54,439 nucleotides of DNA from a virus (Duplodnaviria > Caudoviricetes), in the IMG/VR virus record IMGVR_UViG_3300043690_000026, positions 1 to 54,439 of that record; one strand, given 5' to 3'. Below are positions 9,701 to 17,909 of this stretch, piece by piece. How positions within the stretch are numbered: position 1 is the stretch's first letter; each line of letters starts with the position of its first letter. The notes under the pieces were generated by a model. The model searched no databases. It was not told the origin of the DNA and was given only the letters and a program-made list of their open reading frames with translations. A program made the position numbers and the translations under genes.

Positions 9701-10887
9701 CCGACCTTATCCACCCATCCCGAAACCCAGGCTTCGACTTCTTTCGTCTGCTTCGGAAATAGTTTCGAGAGCCCCCAGACCGCGGCTGCGATGCTGGCGA
9801 TTGCGACCAGGATCTCTGGGTTCGCGACTACCAAGCCCCATAGGGCTTTCGACAACCCCGCGATGATTTTAATGGCCGGTCCGCCGATCGTCGTAAAAAT
9901 CTTCCACGCGCCAGCGAACAAGGCCACGGCTGCTGCGCCAGCCGTCAGATTAACGATTAATTCCTTGACCGGCCCCGGCAGCTGCTTGAGCCATTCCATA
10001 AACGCGGCGAGTGGAATGATCAATTCCTGAATGTGCCGCGCCAGCTTAGTCAACGCCGGCCCGAAGCCGTTCGGTCCGAAGAACTGGGCCGTCGCGTATA
10101 GGATGTTATCGCCCAGGGTCTTGAAGGCCTGCGCAGCGTCGTTGATTTTCGCGCCAGCGCCCTTGGTCTTCGCCGCCATTGCGTCGGTCATGACGCGCAG
10201 CGTTTCCATGGGGTCGAGCACGCCTTCCTTGATGTATCTCTGAACGTCCTCCTTGGTCACCTTCTCGTGGAGCTGCGCGCTCATCGCGGCTTGCAGAGCC
10301 TTCATGACATCCACGCCGCGCTGAGGCAGCTGGCGCATCAGGTCCATCGCGCCGACCGCATCCTTCTCCATCACGCGCCCGAAGATACGCACGATCGATG
10401 CAACCTGCTCGAAGTCGCCGCCCATCGCGGCCACCTGATCGCTGATTGCCTTCAGCGTTCCGGGCACTTCCTTAGCGGTCATGCCGAAGGCCAGCAGCTG
10501 CCGCCCCGCGTTCTCCAGATCCTTGAAGTGGAACGGACTCTGCTGCGCTATCGCGCGAATCTCCTCGAAGACCTTGCGCGCGTCGTCGGCGCTCCCGGTG
10601 AACAAGGTCATCATTTGCTGGGCGCGCCCGATCTCGGCGCTGACCTCGACCATGGAACTGACCCAGCGCGCGATCCCCAGGTCCGCGAGAGCCGTGGCCA
10701 GTTCGCCGAAGGCCTGGGTGGTTTGCTTGACGGCCACGCTTACGGAATTAACCGCGTTGGTCGCTTGCGTGGATGACTTTTGCGCTGTGGTGCCGGTGGA
10801 TTGGATCGCGCTATTCAGCGCGTTGACGTTCTGCTGCGCCTGCTGGGAGTTGAAATCGACCTGGATGTATATGTTGTTAGCGGCCAT
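6742..10887 (-). CDS. Tape measure protein with lytic transglycosylase (SLT) domain
   Basis: 1381 aa, Ala/Gly-rich helical; SLT motifs VESRMRPGAVSPKGAMGLMQLMPGTA and ALAAYNMGPG at about 8100-8420. Confidence 0.92.
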   Translation of the reverse strand: MAANNIYIQVDFNSQQAQQNVNALNSAIQSTGTTAQKSSTQATNAVNSVSVAVKQTTQAFGELATALADLGIARWVSSMVEVSAEIGRAQQMMTLFTGSADDARKVFEEIRAIAQQSPFHFKDLENAGRQLLAFGMTAKEVPGTLKAISDQVAAMGGDFEQVASIVRIFGRVMEKDAVGAMDLMRQLPQRGVDVMKALQAAMSAQLHEKVTKEDVQRYIKEGVLDPMETLRVMTDAMAAKTKGAGAKINDAAQAFKTLGDNILYATAQFFGPNGFGPALTKLARHIQELIIPLAAFMEWLKQLPGPVKELIVNLTAGAAAVALFAGAWKIFTTIGGPAIKIIAGLSKALWGLVVANPEILVAIASIAAAVWGLSKLFPKQTKEVEAWVSGWVDKVGAKAKELAGISGLFGPPKQQPGSGAEQTKRGPILVESEEKLKEVQEQVNQWSDAAGKTLLQALSSPVEAVTLKYAELFTKLDKLLHDKVISQEHSDQLRAQLGAAQRMEMDAKVFEKEKQHIAERAKLDAEYVKGSYEARIAYIEALDAQDLRGKVKAVDQITELRIDAAKEVARVESDELQGVFEQQKKYLDQLVAYGLLTRKQANDAIADRQQEMVDKQQVIEQKAINETAKYQLEGWKRANDLIIEDQKRVFEGFKSLFDQVFDAFTDKTKSLGQAIGDMFKKLALGEVKEWFSSQLAAGATAAAGYGRPEEQLVRGGGIIGALLRRGMPPRPPGAPPELYTPERVQSKVVDQVQSAVTPAMETATKPLEISSQVFAAGTGQFQQAVIDFSTAVQQLKGAGQQTGAAVQMQGSADTGAADTGDVFSQASAATGVSSTLLRSVAQVESRMRPGAVSPKGAMGLMQLMPGTARDLGVTNAFDPGQNVMGGAKYLSQLLTRYGGDEAKALAAYNMGPGAVDRIIGRGGTLPKSVQGYVRAVQALESGGAADRLEVAVQAAPQRLFDWRAGVMTGPQNPNAPGVSPYWGLEQQAEEAAQRQFGLPAPPVLTPEQLGTATIGPTVAEQAMTAKQNELAKAAGMVFQAGGVGTGGGAEKTLLGGLMNLKGLGQMFGIGGTAAGGTSIRSVLTSEGVANLALMGGMGLMSAGIQHRSSAMQIAGGALTGVKLGQMLGMGYLQGPLMGAGIGLFSAGVQKGGLGGMAMDIGGGALAGGMIGLRFGGPMGALIGAGVGAAIGAVTGAVRLFVKTESERIRQQIKQVYGVDISNLQIIAQIKQIVDQKYGGSVSVGVRSQEVQDLVRLYALSTGQSTTNMPRPMYAATVAQSSQGLQLQPVYQGGVQVQNPYTGTTTYQYATAVASAQGMMPGTSLGVPGASGLISQQWQQLAVQTIQGNPAAIAMASASASRAGDSRLTTTAAMQEPLTALG

Positions 10888-11239
10888 GGCGCGACGCCTT
10901 TTTCATCGTTTCTTCCTGGTAACGCTGCCGCTCGTCGGCAAGCTGCCGCAACAACAAAAACTCCTGGTATGTGATCTCGCTGGAACTAATTGTCACCCCC
11001 GCCTGCAATGCAAAATCCAGATCGATCACCTGCCCGATCAGCTGGCCGCCACCTTTCGCCAGATACTCGTCGAGCAGCGTGAGCGGACAGTCCATGCAGC
11101 GGGGCGATTCGGCGGTAGCCCACGGATTGAACGTGAGCACCTCGGGGCACTCCTGCGGGCCGGGACAGAGGTCGCCCCGTCGAAGCATCCGGTGAAAGAT
11201 GAACTTCGGCGACGGCGTCTCCGGCCAGCCGCCGCCCAT
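10877..11239 (-). CDS. Tail assembly chaperone, gpT-like part (Cys-containing)
   Basis: Between chaperone and tape measure, in the -1 frame of the upstream gene. Confidence 0.7.
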   Translation of the reverse strand: MGGGWPETPSPKFIFHRMLRRGDLCPGPQECPEVLTFNPWATAESPRCMDCPLTLLDEYLAKGGGQLIGQVIDLDFALQAGVTISSSEITYQEFLLLRQLADERQRYQEETMKKASRHGR

Positions 11240-11844
11240 TAGAAATTTGCTTCGTCATGGCGCGGCGACGCTTCCTGCGTGATAGCCTCGATCACCGCTC
11301 GAATGACCGTGTCTTTGTGCAGGCTCGGCACCACGCTCTTGTACCCTTCGCCGCGCCCGTTGCACTTGTCCCAAAGCTCGGCCCCCGCCTCGAGATAAGT
11401 GCGCACCTCGAAGCGATTGAACGGCAGGCTAATCATCCGGGTGCTGCGATTCAGCTTGCGCACTTCTTCGTAGGTGGGGATGCGCAGCTGGTGCCTCACC
11501 TCGCCCAGATTGGTCACCAGCTCGACCTCAGCTTCCTGCGCGCCCAACTGTACGTCCACCACATTGCACAAGCCCAGCCACTCGATCACCTGGCTGGCCT
11601 CGGCTCCGGTCAGCGGCGGCGCGCCGTTCTGTTTTATCGCCTCGAACAGCTTGGCGTCGCCGTCTGCGTTGTCTACCTCGTTCTCAAAGCTGCCGCGCCC
11701 CAGATCCCGCCGGATGACCTTGCGGCGGCGGCGGTGATCGGCCCACTCCTGATCGGTTGGCCAGCGCACCGTAATGTCCGTCAAGCCCTGCGCCTCGGTG
11801 CGAAGCGGCCTGGTGATGGTTGTTTCTGTGTCTACATCGAACAT
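11239..11844 (-). CDS. Tail assembly chaperone, gpG-like
   Basis: Directly after tail tube gene; ends with slippery heptamer. Confidence 0.75.
   Translation of the reverse strand: MFDVDTETTITRPLRTEAQGLTDITVRWPTDQEWADHRRRRKVIRRDLGRGSFENEVDNADGDAKLFEAIKQNGAPPLTGAEASQVIEWLGLCNVVDVQLGAQEAEVELVTNLGEVRHQLRIPTYEEVRKLNRSTRMISLPFNRFEVRTYLEAGAELWDKCNGRGEGYKSVVPSLHKDTVIRAVIEAITQEASPRHDEANF
11242..11248 (-). promoter_or_regulatory. -1 programmed frameshift site A AAT TTC
   Basis: X XXY YYZ heptamer immediately before TAA; the -1 frame reads AAA TTT CTA ATG into 10877..11239. Confidence 0.7.
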
Positions 11845-11847
11845 AGG

Positions 11848-12984
11848 CTAAAGTCCTAGAATCGCGTCTTTGGTCGTTGTCGCCGACATGGTGATGATCG
11901 GCGTGACACCGTCGGTAGGCTGCAAGGCTGTCACTGCGCACTCTACCGTCACAATGTTTGCGTCGTCGCCGTTTACCACGCTCTGCATGCGCGTGCGCGG
12001 CATCGTGATCGTGAAGCCGTGGTACACCGCCCCGCTGATGAGCGCCCCCTGCACGCCGAACGTCGCCGGGCCTTCAACGCCGTTGATGAGGTTGTTGTAC
12101 TCAGTCGATCCCTTTTGCGCCCGCGCGACGAACCTGAGCGTGATCTCGCGAATGCCGTACTCCATGCGGCCCCTCACCGCGTAGCCGTTCTGTGTGCCTG
12201 AGCCGGGATAGAACCCGCTATCCAATCTCACGTTGTTGTTCCACCCAAACTCCAGGCTGATGAACGTCATCGAGAGCACGTAATCGATGCCGTTGATAGT
12301 GATCGTGGCGCCGGCCGCGTTGAGAAAATGCTCCAGCGTCACCGCCGGTAATGGAGTGAGACCGGGAGACTGCACGCGCCCCGTGCTGGGCAGCGTGCAA
12401 GCTACGCGGCAATTCGCGCGGCCAGGCCCGCTGGACATGGTGATGGTGAAGCTCCCCACCACACATCCCACGAGCGCGCGATCGATAACCGAATTAGGTG
12501 CGGCGCGAAGCAGTTCGTCGTAGGTGAAGCACGGCAAATTGATGCAATTCACCGTTGGGTCGTTGGGTACTGCCGCGTAGGTGAAGCCCGTGCCCGCCGG
12601 AGTTTTCGTTGCCTTGCCGGTGGTGAAGCAGAACAGCCACGCCATAAACTCGCTCGAGACGTACTTCTCGAGCGTCACGGCGGCGTCCTGGTAGCTCGGA
12701 AACACCTGGCTCGGAAATTCGTTTCCCTTGCCGATGTCGAGCGCGTTGGTTTCTGTGACCGGATTGACCGTAGAGAGCGCCGGATTCACCTTGGTTAGGC
12801 TCCAGATGTCGGTCAGCAGGTTGGCTGTCGCCACGTCGGTCTGCGGCTTGAAGCCGAACGCGATCTGAGTTTCCTGGATGTTGGCCGGGCAGGATGTGGT
12901 TGTCAACGGCTGCACTCCGGGCGGCGGCGGTGGCGGCGGCGCGCCGGTGGGCACGTCCGTCGGTTCAGGATTGCGCGATGCCAT
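11848..12984 (-). CDS. Major tail tube protein
   Basis: 378 aa, Thr-rich beta protein upstream of chaperones and tape measure; N-terminal poly-Pro. Confidence 0.8.
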   Translation of the reverse strand: MASRNPEPTDVPTGAPPPPPPPGVQPLTTTSCPANIQETQIAFGFKPQTDVATANLLTDIWSLTKVNPALSTVNPVTETNALDIGKGNEFPSQVFPSYQDAAVTLEKYVSSEFMAWLFCFTTGKATKTPAGTGFTYAAVPNDPTVNCINLPCFTYDELLRAAPNSVIDRALVGCVVGSFTITMSSGPGRANCRVACTLPSTGRVQSPGLTPLPAVTLEHFLNAAGATITINGIDYVLSMTFISLEFGWNNNVRLDSGFYPGSGTQNGYAVRGRMEYGIREITLRFVARAQKGSTEYNNLINGVEGPATFGVQGALISGAVYHGFTITMPRTRMQSVVNGDDANIVTVECAVTALQPTDGVTPIITMSATTTKDAILGL

Positions 12985-13000
12985 AGCTATATCTCCTTAT

Positions 13001-13462
13001 TCATGGGTTTGGCCAGTCACCCGTTTCGGCCGTTTCGGTCATGATCACCAGATAGTCAACGTATTCGGAATCGGTGCGGCGCTCGATCTTCTTCACATTG
13101 GTCGGCAGCAGGCCATCCAGGATGGGACACCTGAGCCAGATCAGGCCGTCGCCGGGTTGCGGCACGCCCTCCATGATCACGTCCACCAAATCCATGTCCG
13201 ATGCGCCTGGCAGGCTGCGCACACAAATCTCCATCGAATGCGACCACCTGCTCATCTGTCCTTCGTCCAGGTTCGTATCAGTCCAATTCACGAAGACCTG
13301 TCCCGGCTGCATTTGATAGATAGCCTTCTCTACTGAGTTGCGTATCGGGTTCAGGTCGACGTAGCCCACGATCGGATCTTCGGGAGCGAGGACGGCCATA
13401 AGCTCGGGGATGTTCGAGAGCTTGGTCACCATCGCGTTAACCAGATCCGATAAATGCCGCAT
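13001..13462 (-). CDS. Tail terminator/completion protein
   Basis: Position before tail tube, size, acidic composition. Confidence 0.6.
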   Translation of the reverse strand: MRHLSDLVNAMVTKLSNIPELMAVLAPEDPIVGYVDLNPIRNSVEKAIYQMQPGQVFVNWTDTNLDEGQMSRWSHSMEICVRSLPGASDMDLVDVIMEGVPQPGDGLIWLRCPILDGLLPTNVKKIERRTDSEYVDYLVIMTETAETGDWPNP

Positions 13463-13464
13463 AG

Positions 13465-13944
13465 TTAAAACGCATTCAGCGTGGACGGCCGGCGGTTGGT
13501 CGGCCCTATCGGTATCCAGGCCTTGTTCACGTACTGTCCGTATTGCTTCTGCGTCTCGTCGAACACCGCCTGGGCGTCCGATACCGCGAAGCCGATCATC
13601 TGGTCGTACTGGTTGGCGCGCATCGCCTTCTGCCGCTCGAGGCGCGTCGTGTTCTCGGCTCTGATCCTGCCGTCGGCGGCCTTGCGCAGCGTGAAATTCG
13701 CCAGCGTCTTGCCGGTCATGACCATGTCCCGCACGGGCCGCTTATGAGTGTATTTCTGCTTGATGATGGCGTAGCGCACCGAGAGCTTCTTCGCCGGCTG
13801 ACCGGCGGCGTCCGTCGCTTTCGCCCAACGCGCCTTTTGCTCGGCGACCATGCGGTCGCCGATGGCCTTCAATTGGAGATCGCTCAAGTTCGGACCGCGG
13901 ATCCGCCCCGATTTGGTCACGCTGATTTTTACCTGATTGGCCAT
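13465..13944 (-). CDS. Tail completion/neck protein
   Basis: Basic 159-aa protein between head closure and terminator genes. Confidence 0.55.
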   Translation of the reverse strand: MANQVKISVTKSGRIRGPNLSDLQLKAIGDRMVAEQKARWAKATDAAGQPAKKLSVRYAIIKQKYTHKRPVRDMVMTGKTLANFTLRKAADGRIRAENTTRLERQKAMRANQYDQMIGFAVSDAQAVFDETQKQYGQYVNKAWIPIGPTNRRPSTLNAF

Positions 13945-13945
13945 G

Positions 13946-14275
13946 TCATACCGCCGATCCGCTCTCTTGCAGCACCAGGACCGAAAAGCCGATAGCCAGC
14001 GCTTCGACGCGCACCACCTGATACTGCCGCTCGTCCTTTTGCACCGCGTCGCCTAAGGCCGGAGGCGCCGGCAGGTCAGCGTCCCGCACATCGATGTGGC
14101 TATAGCGGCCGGGCGAAACTTCTTCGTCGCTCGCGCCCTCCTTCCACAGAACCTTTACCGTCGCTTCGTCGAGCGGGTTGGAGACTGGGACGTAGGTCAC
14201 CTTGGTGCCGAACGTTTGGATCTCGGCCGGCCAGAACAGGTGCGGCAGGTAGTCTTTGATAAACGGATTGCTCAT
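13946..14275 (-). CDS. Head-tail joining protein (gpFII-like)
   Basis: 109 aa after capsid; P..GD.V....YQV pattern. Confidence 0.65.
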   Translation of the reverse strand: MSNPFIKDYLPHLFWPAEIQTFGTKVTYVPVSNPLDEATVKVLWKEGASDEEVSPGRYSHIDVRDADLPAPPALGDAVQKDERQYQVVRVEALAIGFSVLVLQESGSAV

Positions 14276-14359
14276 GTAAGTTTCTTCTGCGCCGGCGCGC
14301 CCCCAAACCCCCAGTCATCGATTCGGAGGCGCGCCGCGCGTCCCGCTGGCACGCGAGCT

Positions 14360-15382
14360 TTATAGAACCTTGATCGCGATCGACGCATTGGGCCGGTAGG
14401 GCACCATGATCGGCGCGCTCTGCAACATCACGTACCGCACCGACGGGTCGCTCTGAAGCCACGACTTGACGAAGTACGGCACCGGCTGCAAGCCGATCTC
14501 TTCGTCGCGGATCGCGCCGTAGGCCTGCACGCCCTCTAGCGCCGGCGAGGTCATGATTACGGTGCCCGCCGGTATGATCGGCACTTCCGAGCCGGTCACC
14601 GGATCGACGTACCACCCGCTGTAGGCCCAGATGTTGAAGCCTTCAATCGTGCCCATCAGGACGCCCCCCTCGGTGATCGTCGCCATGTAATCGACCGAGG
14701 GTTCCTCGGTGTATTTGCGGTAGGTATTCAGGATATTCATGACGCTCGTGTCGCTGCGGAACACCTTCCACACATCCGTCGTCATGATCACGTCTGAGGG
14801 GAATACGCCGGTGTCCTGTAGAACGATATTGGCCCAATCCATCAAGTTGTCCAGCTTCACCGCAGCCCCGCTCCACAGCGGACTGGCCGTGAAGGTGTGC
14901 GATGCCGAGCGCTGAAAGTCAACCACCGTGGTGGGGTATTTGTCGCCGCTAATGGTGGACTTGCCGGTGCATAGCACTTCGCCGCACATCACCTCGAGAC
15001 GCCGGCGCAGCATGTTTAACTGGTCCTGCATGTCGTAAGCGATTAGCGCGCGCAGCCGGTCGCCGGGCGAGAGGGTGCCACCGATCTGCTCACCGGCCAT
15101 GCGCTTGAGCGGGCGGTTCGCATCGAAGACGCGCTTGTCCTTGATATACGCCGGGCTAAACGTGTTGGTCACGAAGCCCTGCGAGGCAACGATCTGGCCT
15201 TCGACCAGCGGCGAAACAAATGGCGCGACGCGCCGCTTGCCGAGTAGCACGTCGAAATGAATCTGCTCGCTCGCTTCTGCCTGGGTGATGCCGAAATAGC
15301 GATCCAGCAAAAACTGCGGGTTACCCAGCAACGATTGGAGCACGGCAGTCAGAACATCCGTTGAGAAAACATCAACAGCCAT
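14360..15382 (-). CDS. Major capsid protein (lambda gpE family)
   Basis: FLLDRYF, RVAPFVSPLVEG, PAYIKDKR, W..DPSVRYVMLQSAP motifs. Confidence 0.95.
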   Translation of the reverse strand: MAVDVFSTDVLTAVLQSLLGNPQFLLDRYFGITQAEASEQIHFDVLLGKRRVAPFVSPLVEGQIVASQGFVTNTFSPAYIKDKRVFDANRPLKRMAGEQIGGTLSPGDRLRALIAYDMQDQLNMLRRRLEVMCGEVLCTGKSTISGDKYPTTVVDFQRSASHTFTASPLWSGAAVKLDNLMDWANIVLQDTGVFPSDVIMTTDVWKVFRSDTSVMNILNTYRKYTEEPSVDYMATITEGGVLMGTIEGFNIWAYSGWYVDPVTGSEVPIIPAGTVIMTSPALEGVQAYGAIRDEEIGLQPVPYFVKSWLQSDPSVRYVMLQSAPIMVPYRPNASIAIKVL

Positions 15383-15478
15383 GATTGGCTCTCCCGTTTG
15401 AACTGGGGTGGGTTCACGTTTACGCGGCCCGCCGTCCGTGCCAGGAAGCGATGGGCCGCGCGATGCGAGAGACGATTA

Positions 15479-16417
15479 CTACTTCTTGTGCTCCGGTGGT
15501 TTGCTGTGCTGCTCCGCTGCCGGTCCCTTTTCCGGCGGTCTGTGCGGAGGCGGCGCGGCGACCGGCACGACAACCGGCTGCGGATTGCGCGCGGCTGCTT
15601 CCGCCGCCTGCCGCGCCTGCTCGTCGCGGGCTTTTTGGTTTGCGTCCCGAGTTTGCTGATTTAGCTGCTCGCGCTCCTTGAACTGCTTCTCTGCCAGCGC
15701 GCCAAATTTCTGATCAACCTCAGCCTGGAGCTTTTCACGCTCCTGGCGCTGTTTCTCCTCGAGGTCGCCGGCCTTCTCGTCGGCCTCGGCTTGCGCTTCC
15801 TGCACCGGCGTTTCTCGGGCTTCGCCGAAGGCAGCGTCGGCCCACGGTGCCTGCGGAGCCCTGGGCTGATGAATGGCCGGATCGAAGGGGTATCGTGTCG
15901 CGGCGTGGATCGCTTCGACTTCCTGCTCGCGCAGTTTCTGCGACTCCTGAGGCGGCGTCACGTTGGTGTTGGGCATCACCCCTCCGGTCGCCGGAAGGCT
16001 GATCATCGGGATCAGCTGGCCGGACCGGCCCATTTCGGTCAGGACGTAGATGCCGACGTCCCAGAGCAGTGCGGCATCGCTCGCCGCGCCGGCCGCCGTG
16101 AAGGTCATGCCCAGGTCTATGAATTTGCCTTGTGTGTAGACCAGGCCGGTGACGGCAGCGCCGGTGCCGGTATCGATGTCCTGGGCGAGAATCGCGCGCG
16201 GCGCACCTGATGCCGTCGAGGTTGTCAGGTTGGTGCTGCTCGTGATCGGAGTCCCGACTGCGGGGCCGTACAGCACCTGGCCGCGCTTGAGTACGCCCAG
16301 ACTCGGCGCGATCTTGGCGGTCTGCGAAATGCATTCGCTCGCGAGCAGCGCGTCGTAGTTGAATGTGTCGGCTCGAAAGGACGCCGTTGAGAGTGGGAAA
16401 GTGACAGGTGTGCTCAT
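15479..16417 (-). CDS. Head decoration protein (gpD-like) with long C-terminal extension
   Basis: LKRGQVL...RAILAQDIDT...VYTQGKF motif; position between protease and capsid. Confidence 0.75.
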   Translation of the reverse strand: MSTPVTFPLSTASFRADTFNYDALLASECISQTAKIAPSLGVLKRGQVLYGPAVGTPITSSTNLTTSTASGAPRAILAQDIDTGTGAAVTGLVYTQGKFIDLGMTFTAAGAASDAALLWDVGIYVLTEMGRSGQLIPMISLPATGGVMPNTNVTPPQESQKLREQEVEAIHAATRYPFDPAIHQPRAPQAPWADAAFGEARETPVQEAQAEADEKAGDLEEKQRQEREKLQAEVDQKFGALAEKQFKEREQLNQQTRDANQKARDEQARQAAEAAARNPQPVVVPVAAPPPHRPPEKGPAAEQHSKPPEHKK

Positions 16418-16430
16418 GGATCAGTCTCCT

Positions 16431-17909
16431 TTATCGAGCGGCAACCCGGACGCGCCCCTTCGGCACGAACGCCAGGATGCGCCGCACCTCCGCCTCCGGC
16501 GATTCCTCGTTCGGCGAGTCACCTGAGACACCCACCTTGGGATTCTCAATCTGCCCCATCCGAGCTTCGAGCGGGTTGGTCTTTTTGCTTCCGACCGGAG
16601 CGGCGAGCAGAAGTTTCTTCGCGGCCTCGACCGAGTGATTGGTTTCGAGTGCCAGCACGCGGGCCAGATCCTCGCGGCCGCGTGCTTCCTCGCAGGTTAG
16701 AATCGCAGCGATCCGCTGCCGATCTTCGTCTTGCATAACTAAGCCCTCTCCTTTTGCGGACGAACCCTTCTTGTCGTCCTGATCGTCCTCGTCGTCGTCG
16801 TTCTCTTCCTCTTCCAGGCCTGGGATGTCAGGGAGATCATCCTCGTCCTCGTCGCTCTCTTCGTCCTTCTTGCCGGCGGAGGCCTCGACGCGCAGCCCGG
16901 GCACATCCCGCACCTGGCGAATCGGCGCGGTCGCGTTGGCCTCGCCCTGGAGCAAACCTTCGAGGGAACCGAGCGCGTCGGCCATCCCGACTGCGATGGC
17001 GCTACGGGCAGGGAGAACCGCGCCACGTCCGTAGTCGCGCGTTACCCGATCCACGCTCGTTCCCCGGAAGGCCGCAACATGCTCGATAAAGACCTGAGCT
17101 AGCGCGTCGACCATCGACTGGAGTTGCTGGCGGCCCTCGTCGGTTCCAGGGTCGGTGCGCTTGAGCGGGCTCTGACTGGAGACAACTTCATAGCGCTTGA
17201 TCCCCCGGCGCTCGTCCTGGCCCGAGTCATCCACGGCGGTCGCCAGCACGCCGATGGAGCCCAGCTGCGCCGTCTCATCGGCCACGATCCTGCCGGCTGC
17301 GGACGCAAGCCAGTAGGCACCGCTGGCGGCCATGCCGTCAACATACGCCGTTACCGGTTTGACCTGATTCGCAGCGCGGATCATGTTCGCAAACTCATTG
17401 ATGCCGTCGATTTGCCCGCCCGGCGAATTGATAGCCAACACGATCTGCCGGACCGCGGGATCGTCGAGCGCGGCTTGCAGGTCGATCGCTGCCGACTCGA
17501 TCGAGGCACCGCCCAGCAGCCAGGTCCAGATGGAGCGGTAACGGAAAAGCGGGCCGCGGATGTCGAGCACGGCCGTGCCGTTGCGGTTCTCGATGTTGGA
17601 ACTGCCGTCGTCGAGCGGCTGCCCGATGCGCGCTGCAACCGCGTTGAGGTCTGGATGGCGCGCCGCGACGAGCAGCCCGTTGAGCGCGGCCGGCGTCATG
17701 GCCCAGGCGCGATCCGGGCAGATGACCTCCAGCAGCGAGGCCTGTTCTACACCGGCACCCGTACCGGCACCTCCTCCGGCTCCGCCGGGAATCCCACCGG
17801 TTTCGTCGGCTGCGGGGGCTCCACCCACAATCCGGCATCTTGCAGACGCTTCTTCTCGAGCGCCCGCTGATCGATCACGTCGTTCCAATCCATCCCCTGT
17901 TCTGCGCAT
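16431..17909 (-). CDS. S49-family prohead protease/scaffold (true start uncertain, likely near 17760-17699)
   Basis: INSPGG, AASGAYWLAS, GSIGV motifs; acidic linker; C-terminal scaffold RIAAILTCEEARGRE as in lambda C/Nu3. Confidence 0.9.
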   Translation of the reverse strand: MRRTGDGLERRDRSAGAREEASARCRIVGGAPAADETGGIPGGAGGGAGTGAGVEQASLLEVICPDRAWAMTPAALNGLLVAARHPDLNAVAARIGQPLDDGSSNIENRNGTAVLDIRGPLFRYRSIWTWLLGGASIESAAIDLQAALDDPAVRQIVLAINSPGGQIDGINEFANMIRAANQVKPVTAYVDGMAASGAYWLASAAGRIVADETAQLGSIGVLATAVDDSGQDERRGIKRYEVVSSQSPLKRTDPGTDEGRQQLQSMVDALAQVFIEHVAAFRGTSVDRVTRDYGRGAVLPARSAIAVGMADALGSLEGLLQGEANATAPIRQVRDVPGLRVEASAGKKDEESDEDEDDLPDIPGLEEEENDDDEDDQDDKKGSSAKGEGLVMQDEDRQRIAAILTCEEARGREDLARVLALETNHSVEAAKKLLLAAPVGSKKTNPLEARMGQIENPKVGVSGDSPNEESPEAEVRRILAFVPKGRVRVAAR

